Below, one piece after another: positions 58,307 to 64,000 of a DNA stretch of 64,000 bases. Every line of letters starts with the position of its first letter. Within the stretch, counting starts at the first letter, position 1. The notes below the pieces were generated by a model, which did no database searches, had not been told where the DNA came from, and worked only from the letters and a program-made list of their open reading frames with translations. Location of the stretch: contig JANQNB010000018.1 of NCBI GenBank assembly GCA_028279755.1, positions 134,611-198,610 of the forward strand, in the 5' to 3' direction. Position numbers and translations under genes: made by a program. This DNA is from Candidatus Nanoarchaeia archaeon. Lineage in GTDB: Archaea; Nanobdellota; Nanobdellia; Woesearchaeales; UBA525.

Positions 58307-59590
58307 ATGGGCTTTGTGCTAGACTGGCAGAAAAAACTCGGCTACAAGAAAGACCCCTTCATGCCAGAGCCTGACAAGAAGATTTCTACGTACTTTGTCG
58401 ATCGCGAGCAAGAGCGCGAGAAGCTCAACCTCTTCGTGATCAAGCAGCACCGCTTCGGCATTGTGCACGGCCCGAAAGGCGTTGGCAAAAGCACGCTTGT
58501 CGGCTGGCTGCAGGAACAGCTCGGGGTGCGCGTCCGCCGTGTCAGCTTCGCAGGCAAGGTCGTGACCAAGCCAAAAGACTTCTTCGAGCAATTCCTCCAT
58601 GAAAGCCTGAACGTGGTCGAGAAGAAAGTGACCAGGCCGCAGGAGAAACTCAAGAAGGACGAGATGGAGCCCTTTCTGCTCCAGAAGCTCAGGAAGAAAC
58701 GAGTGCTGGTCATCGTCGACGACGCGCAACTGCTCGTCAAGCAGAACAAGGATCTGCTCAAGCATTTGCTCGAGGCCTGCCCGCAGAGCCAGGTCTTGCT
58801 GGTGCTGGAACGCGTGCTGAAAGAGCACGAGCACTATGGAGCCGATCAGCTCAAGCTCGCGCTCGAAGACATGTCAGAAGCAGGGCTGGAAGCGATGCTC
58901 AAGCGGCGCATCGAGCTTGCCGGCGGCGTCGGCACCTATCCCTTCGATAAGAAGGAAATCCAGGGGCTCATCACGAAAGCGAAGAGCAATCCTGTCAAGC
59001 TGCTCGAGCTGGCACGGGAGCGCGCGATCGAGCTCAGCCTGAAAGCTGGGCCGCCGCCGAAACCAAAGCCAAAACCAAAACGGAAGCCTGTGAAGAAAGC
59101 GCCAACTCCAAAAGCATCAAAAGAAGCAGGCCCTGTACCTGAAACTGCGGAGGCAGAAGCCATCGAAGTCCATGAGGAATTGCAGGAGGAACAGCAGCGA
59201 GTCCCAGAAGCGAAGGACAAGCCGAAGAAATGGTTCTCGATCAAGTTTGTCAAGGACGATGAGGAAGAGAAAAAGGGCATCACGCTCCGGAAGGCGGACG
59301 AGCGAAGCCCGACTGAGATCCACAAAGAGCATAAGCAGAAAATGCTGAAGGCGGCACGACCGAAAGAACCGGAGAAAAAGCAGAAGGACGAGCACCACTA
59401 CCTCGACGAGGAACTGCTCTCGCCCAGCAATGAGGCGGACGCAGAGATGCTCAGCGAGATCGTCGAAGCGGCAGGCGAGGAGATAGAAGTCGAGCAGGAA
59501 GTCAAGAAGGAGAAGAAACAGCCTGAAGACGGCGTGGAAGTCGAGGACGTGATACAATCACTGGTCAAGGAAATGGATAAGAAAGGGTGA
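58307..59590 (+). CDS. AAA-type P-loop NTPase with long disordered charged C-terminus
   Basis: LGYKKDPF, GPKGVGKST, VIVDDAQ. Confidence 0.7.
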   Translation: MGFVLDWQKKLGYKKDPFMPEPDKKISTYFVDREQEREKLNLFVIKQHRFGIVHGPKGVGKSTLVGWLQEQLGVRVRRVSFAGKVVTKPKDFFEQFLHESLNVVEKKVTRPQEKLKKDEMEPFLLQKLRKKRVLVIVDDAQLLVKQNKDLLKHLLEACPQSQVLLVLERVLKEHEHYGADQLKLALEDMSEAGLEAMLKRRIELAGGVGTYPFDKKEIQGLITKAKSNPVKLLELARERAIELSLKAGPPPKPKPKPKRKPVKKAPTPKASKEAGPVPETAEAEAIEVHEELQEEQQRVPEAKDKPKKWFSIKFVKDDEEEKKGITLRKADERSPTEIHKEHKQKMLKAARPKEPEKKQKDEHHYLDEELLSPSNEADAEMLSEIVEAAGEEIEVEQEVKKEKKQPEDGVEVEDVIQSLVKEMDKKG

Positions 59591-59594
59591 TCGC

Positions 59595-60386
59595 ATGGGA
59601 GAAATCATCATAACATACCGATCGTTGGAACGCGTGGCATACTGGATCGCCATTGTCGTACTGCTCGTGCTCCTGATCATGAGCTATGTCGGCGACAAGA
59701 ATTGCGACGACGCCGAAGAGATTACCGCTGAGACTGATGACGACGTCGAAGCTGGCAGCGACGCAGGCGAAGACGACGAGACGCCGCCGGTCGTAGAAGA
59801 TGACCCTCCAGAACCTGATGAGACCTGCACCGACGGAATCGAGAACCAGGACGAGACTGACGTCGACTGCGGCGGCAGCACCTGCGACCCCTGCGCTGAA
59901 GGCAAGGACTGCTCCTTGAATCGCGACTGCGAAGAAGGCGAGTGCAAGAGCGGCGAGTGCGATGCAACGCCAGACCTGAGCGGCGACGTCACTGTCGAGA
60001 TCGTGGGCACGCCGCAATACACTGCGAACGAGGACACGAACGTTGCCAAGCTCACAGAGCTCAAGGTGAAGATCGAGAACGGTGAGGACAGCATGTTCAG
60101 AGGCACCCTTGAGATGTGGGTGAAATCGCCGAACGAGCTGTATTACCTCAACCAGCCGATGGGTGACGAAGGCGAAGGGTCCAACCCCTATGCTGAGATG
60201 AGCATCTCATCCATCGCGAGCGGCGCCAGCCTGAGCAAGACCTACACTGACGACAACTTCGACCAGGGCTACCTGTTCAGTCTCACCGGCGACTACGTCG
60301 GCGGCGATGACTTCTGGATCGAGGTCGTGTTATACGACAACGACCATTCCCTGGTGGACGTGGCCAAGAAGAAAGTGACGGTCTAA
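59595..60386 (+). CDS. Membrane-anchored acidic surface protein with Cys-rich repeat
   Basis: N-terminal TM; CTDGIENQDETDVDCGG..CDPC module. Confidence 0.7.
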   Translation: MGEIIITYRSLERVAYWIAIVVLLVLLIMSYVGDKNCDDAEEITAETDDDVEAGSDAGEDDETPPVVEDDPPEPDETCTDGIENQDETDVDCGGSTCDPCAEGKDCSLNRDCEEGECKSGECDATPDLSGDVTVEIVGTPQYTANEDTNVAKLTELKVKIENGEDSMFRGTLEMWVKSPNELYYLNQPMGDEGEGSNPYAEMSISSIASGASLSKTYTDDNFDQGYLFSLTGDYVGGDDFWIEVVLYDNDHSLVDVAKKKVTV

Positions 60387-60434
60387 GCAAAACATTTTTA
60401 AATCCCTTTCCCTATTTTTCTTATTGCGACAAAG

Positions 60435-60935
60435 GTGGTAGACATCCAGCGAACCGTACTATACGGACTACTATTCCTGCTCATAGCAGGCAGTGCGACT
60501 GCCGCGGGCGTGTGGATCAGCGCGAGCCCGCCAGAAGCGCGTCTGAACGACATAGCGTATTACCATTACCAGGCTGGCGAATACGAGGCTGCAGAAACCA
60601 GCTATCTCGAAGCCCTGACAGAGAATCCTGACTATGAGACTGCCCGGTACAATCTCGCGATATTGTATTTCAGGCAAGGATTGTATGAACAGGCTATTCC
60701 GCAGTTTGAGCGCTTGCTGGAACAAAACGGGAACAATCCGAGCTATCACTTCGATTACGCAGTGACGATCGTCGAGCAGATGCGCGAAACAGGCTATTGG
60801 GACCGTGAGGTGCTGGAACGCGCCATCTACCATTACGAAACCGCGGAGCGCTTGCAACCAGGCTTTCCCCACGCTGCGGAGAACGCCGTCTTTCTCCAGA
60901 AACCCTTGGCTGATCTTGAAAGCATAGGTATATAA
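60435..60935 (+). CDS. Secreted TPR protein
   Basis: Signal peptide; LNDIAYY, ARYNLA, PGFPHAAEN. Confidence 0.8.
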   Translation: MVDIQRTVLYGLLFLLIAGSATAAGVWISASPPEARLNDIAYYHYQAGEYEAAETSYLEALTENPDYETARYNLAILYFRQGLYEQAIPQFERLLEQNGNNPSYHFDYAVTIVEQMRETGYWDREVLERAIYHYETAERLQPGFPHAAENAVFLQKPLADLESIGI

Positions 60936-60969
60936 ATCTGGATTCGTCCCTTTTCATGGGGGTGAGTCA

Positions 60970-61452
60970 ATGAAACGACTCTTACTGACAGTCATCGTTC
61001 TCTTGGTCCTAATCGGCAGTGTCAGCGCATATACAGTGCTTGTTCAGGAAGACCTGACACCAGTTGAATTGAACAATATCGCGTACTACGCCTACCATGA
61101 TGGCGATTACGCAGCTGCGGAAGCGGCGTATCTTGCTGCACTGGCTTTGGATCCGTCATATGAGAAAGCGCGCTACAACCTCGCGCTGCTCTTGTTCGAA
61201 CTCGAACGATACGAAGAGGCGCATCCCCATTTTGCGCAGACGCTCGCACTCGCGCCAGGGAATGCAGGCTATCACTTCGACTATGCTGCTAATTATGTCG
61301 CCTGGTTCCGCCAGCTTGATCGGGCAAGCGCAGCAGACTTTGACCATGCGATTGCTGAGTATGATCTTGTGGAGCAATTATCACCCGGCTTTCCGCATGC
61401 AGCTGAGAACGCTGCAGTCTTGCGCGCGATCAAGGCAGAATTCTTCGGATAA
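60970..61452 (+). CDS. Secreted TPR protein, tandem paralog
   Basis: LNNIAYY, ARYNLA, YHFDYA and PGFPHAAENA shared with the upstream gene. Confidence 0.8.
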   Translation: MKRLLLTVIVLLVLIGSVSAYTVLVQEDLTPVELNNIAYYAYHDGDYAAAEAAYLAALALDPSYEKARYNLALLLFELERYEEAHPHFAQTLALAPGNAGYHFDYAANYVAWFRQLDRASAADFDHAIAEYDLVEQLSPGFPHAAENAAVLRAIKAEFFG

Positions 61453-61484
61453 AACTTATTAATCGCTTCTTTATCCTTACCCAC

Positions 61485-61742
61485 ATGCCAGATTATGATT
61501 TGTCGGTCGACGAGATCGTCGCCACGATCAGGAAAGAGAAGGCAAAACGAGTCCTGATACAACTACCTGATGGACTGAAGCCAGAAGCTGCTGCGTTGCA
61601 GAAAGCTGTGCTGTCTGCATTGCCTGACACTGAACTCTTTTTCTGGGGAGGCAGCGCATATGGTGCGTGCGACGTACCACTGGATGTTGACAAACTCGGT
61701 TTCGATTTGTTACTGCACCTGGGTCATGCGCAGTGGCGCTGA
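61485..61742 (+). CDS. Diphthamide synthesis Dph2 N-terminal domain only (85 aa)
   Basis: KRVLIQLPDGLK, YGACD, DLLLHLGH, then a stop codon. Confidence 0.8.
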   Translation: MPDYDLSVDEIVATIRKEKAKRVLIQLPDGLKPEAAALQKAVLSALPDTELFFWGGSAYGACDVPLDVDKLGFDLLLHLGHAQWR

Positions 61743-61843
61743 AACATCTGTTTTCTCGGGAAATACGTCGTAAAAAAGTAAACTTTAAATAAGGTTATTG
61801 CCGGGATACGAACTTAGGTAATGATTTATTTGAGGTGAACACC

Positions 61844-62485
61844 ATGGTGGCACGAAAGCGTAAGGTCGTCCGTAAGACGAAGCGCAAACCTGCCAAACGC
61901 AAGACAAAGAAGCGTGTTGTCAAGCGGAAGGTAGCCAAGCGCAAGACCGTCAAGCGGAAGACTCGCAAGAAGGCTGCGAAGAAACCGGTGAAGCGCAAGC
62001 GACGAGTCGTGAAGAAAAAGGCAGTGAAGAAGAAACCTGTCAAGCGACGGAAGCGACGAGTCGTGAAGAAGAAGGCTGCGAAGAAACCGGCGAAGCGCAG
62101 GAAGCGACGCGTTGTTAAGAAGAAAGCGGCGAAGAAGAAGCCGGTTCGACGGAAGCGACGAGTCGTGAAGAAGAAGACTGCGAAGAAGCGAACGGTGAAG
62201 CGCCGAAAGGTCGCGAAGAAGAAACCGGTCAAGCGCAGGAAGCGACGCGTTGTTAAGAAGAAAGCGGCGAAGAAGAAGCCGGTTCGACGGAAGCGACGAG
62301 TCGTGAAGAAGAAGACTGCGAAGAAACCGGCGAAGCGCAGGAAGCGACGCGTTGTCAAGAAAAAGGCGACGAAAAAGCGGACGGTGAAGCGGAAGGCGAA
62401 GCGAAAGGTTGCCAAGAAGAAACCTGTGCGACGCAAGAAGCGAGTCGTGAAGAAAAAACCGGTGCGACGCAGACGACGCAGATAA
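61844..62485 (+). CDS. Extremely basic K/R-rich repeat protein (histone H1/protamine-like)
   Basis: GAGGTGA RBS; 213 aa composed of K,R,V,A,T,P after Met; repeated KKPVKRRKRRVVKKKAA units. Confidence 0.8.
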   Translation: MVARKRKVVRKTKRKPAKRKTKKRVVKRKVAKRKTVKRKTRKKAAKKPVKRKRRVVKKKAVKKKPVKRRKRRVVKKKAAKKPAKRRKRRVVKKKAAKKKPVRRKRRVVKKKTAKKRTVKRRKVAKKKPVKRRKRRVVKKKAAKKKPVRRKRRVVKKKTAKKPAKRRKRRVVKKKATKKRTVKRKAKRKVAKKKPVRRKKRVVKKKPVRRRRRR

Positions 62486-62490
62486 ACTTT

Positions 62491-64000
62491 TTACTTTTTA
62501 TCCTTACTTTTATGATTCCCATTCGCAGGCTCAGTATGCCTGCATTTCGGGAATCCTGAACAGCCCCAGAACGCGCCATACACGCTCTTGCGCAAGACGA
62601 GTTTCTTCTCGCATTTCGGACAGATCTTGCACGTGCCTTCCGCGTCAGCCTCTTGCTGCGCATCCTTCTCTTCCTTGAGCTTCTGCGGGCATTCGTTATT
62701 GATGCACACGAGCTGCTTCCGTCTCCCGGAACCGATCATGATCATCGGCGCCTGGCAGTGCTCGCACTGCTTGTCTGTCGGCTGGATCATGCCCTTCTGC
62801 GGCAGCGGGTATGTCTGGTCACAATCAGGATACCGGTCGCAGCCGCAGAACCGTTTTCTTGTCTTCTTGGAGAACGTGACTTTGATCGTGCCCTGCTTGC
62901 ATTTGATGCACGGCCCGAGCGTGTTCATCATGTCCTGCTCTTCGCGATAGGCCGCTATGAGTTCCTCGCCGACCTCCTTCTCGTTCTTCTTGAACTTTGC
63001 GAGCAGCTTGTCCAATTCCTTCTTGGCAGTATTGAGGATCTGTTCGCCGTTCTTTTTCTGCGCCTGGATCTCTTCCATCTCTTCCTCGAACTGCCGTGTC
63101 AGCGCCTCGTCGATGATCTCTGGGCTGTGTTTCTCGAGAATCTTGACCATCTCCATGCCGAGCTCAGTGCCTTCGATGTTTGCGTCGCCCTTGACATAGT
63201 TGCGCTTGAACAAGGCCTCGACAACGTCGGCGCGTGTCGCTTTCGTACCGAGGTTGCGCTTCTCGAGCTCGTTGATGATGGACGATTGCGTGTACCGCTT
63301 CGGTGGCTGCGTCTCTTTCTCGTGCAGGTCGAGCTTTGTGATCGGGAGAGATTCGTTCTCCTGGAGTTTCGGCAATTCCTCTTCCTTGAGGTTCACGTAC
63401 GGCGCGTAGTAGAGGTGCCAGCCTGGCGCTGTTGTCCTGGTGCCTTTCGCGACGAACGGTTCGGTGTTTGCATCCAGGTGTGCGGTCACTGTTTCCCTTG
63501 TCGCTGGCTCTGCGAACGTTGCCAGGAAACGCTTGACAATGAGATCGTAGATCTTCAGGTCCCAATCCTTGCCTTTGACTGGTTGTCCTGTGGGGTGGAT
63601 GGCTGGATGCGCCGGATCCGATTTCTTGCCCTCGTTGGGTTTGAGCGTCTTCAGTTTCAGGATGTCGCCAGCGAGGCTTGCGTAGTCCTTGTTCTTTGAG
63701 AGTGCGGTGAGTATCTTCTTGTAGCCCAGCTTTGCCGGCAGTTTCTGGCTGCTGGTGCGCGGATAGCTGATGCTGCCGTCAGTATAGAGCTTCTGCGCGA
63801 CTTCAAGCGTCTGTTTCGGCTTGATCTTGAAGCAGCGATACGCTTCTGTTTGTAGCGAACCGAGATCGAACGGGTGCGGTGGCTGTTGCTTGAAAGATTT
63901 CGCATCGACCTTTTTGACTGTGGCGTCTTTCGCTTCCTTTGCCTTGCCAAACGCGGTCTTGGCTTCGTCTTCTTTCCAGAACTTGTCTGTTGCGTGCCAG
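62491..64000 (-). CDS. topA: DNA topoisomerase I (type IA), 5' end outside window
   Basis: SYPRT catalytic Tyr motif, HPAIHPT, LGTKATR, C-terminal C4 zinc ribbons (FWGCSGFPKC). Confidence 0.95.
   Translation of the reverse strand, partial: WHATDKFWKEDEAKTAFGKAKEAKDATVKKVDAKSFKQQPPHPFDLGSLQTEAYRCFKIKPKQTLEVAQKLYTDGSISYPRTSSQKLPAKLGYKKILTALSKNKDYASLAGDILKLKTLKPNEGKKSDPAHPAIHPTGQPVKGKDWDLKIYDLIVKRFLATFAEPATRETVTAHLDANTEPFVAKGTRTTAPGWHLYYAPYVNLKEEELPKLQENESLPITKLDLHEKETQPPKRYTQSSIINELEKRNLGTKATRADVVEALFKRNYVKGDANIEGTELGMEMVKILEKHSPEIIDEALTRQFEEEMEEIQAQKKNGEQILNTAKKELDKLLAKFKKNEKEVGEELIAAYREEQDMMNTLGPCIKCKQGTIKVTFSKKTRKRFCGCDRYPDCDQTYPLPQKGMIQPTDKQCEHCQAPMIMIGSGRRKQLVCINNECPQKLKEEKDAQQEADAEGTCKICPKCEKKLVLRKSVYGAFWGCSGFPKCRHTEPANGNHKSKDKK

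Noticed and set aside
61795-62436. 213-aa F/R/T-rich minus-strand ORF
   Set aside because: Mirror of the K/R-rich gene, which has the RBS and promoter.

Overview
Archaeal chromosome segment, most consistent with a DPANN archaeon of Woesearchaeota type. Support: rpl37ae-rpoP-pcc1-pfdB-UPF0147 operon, rps3ae, SRP54, SMC, type II MAP, BHB-type tRNA introns, TATA-like promoters, GAGGTG RBS, class III signal-peptide pilin-like gene and orphan PEP-mobile-domain proteins. It holds housekeeping genes (ppsA, hppA, gdhA, rnhB, topA), five tRNAs and several accessory blocks. The most unusual signals are: (1) every tRNA is flanked by partial copies of its own ends, mostly in a direct-inverted-direct arrangement joined by small hairpins with tandem G.A mismatches, and a 45-bp-identical element sits in the leaders of two unrelated tRNAs; (2) two tandem, signal-peptide-bearing T6SS Hcp tube-like genes occur with no other T6SS genes in the window; (3) a Fur/Zur-boxed COG0523-CooC-PLP-enzyme cluster lies next to tRNA-Glu; (4) a 213-aa protamine/H1-like K/R repeat protein lies beside topA. 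All calls come from reading motifs by eye; no database searches or folding calculations were run.
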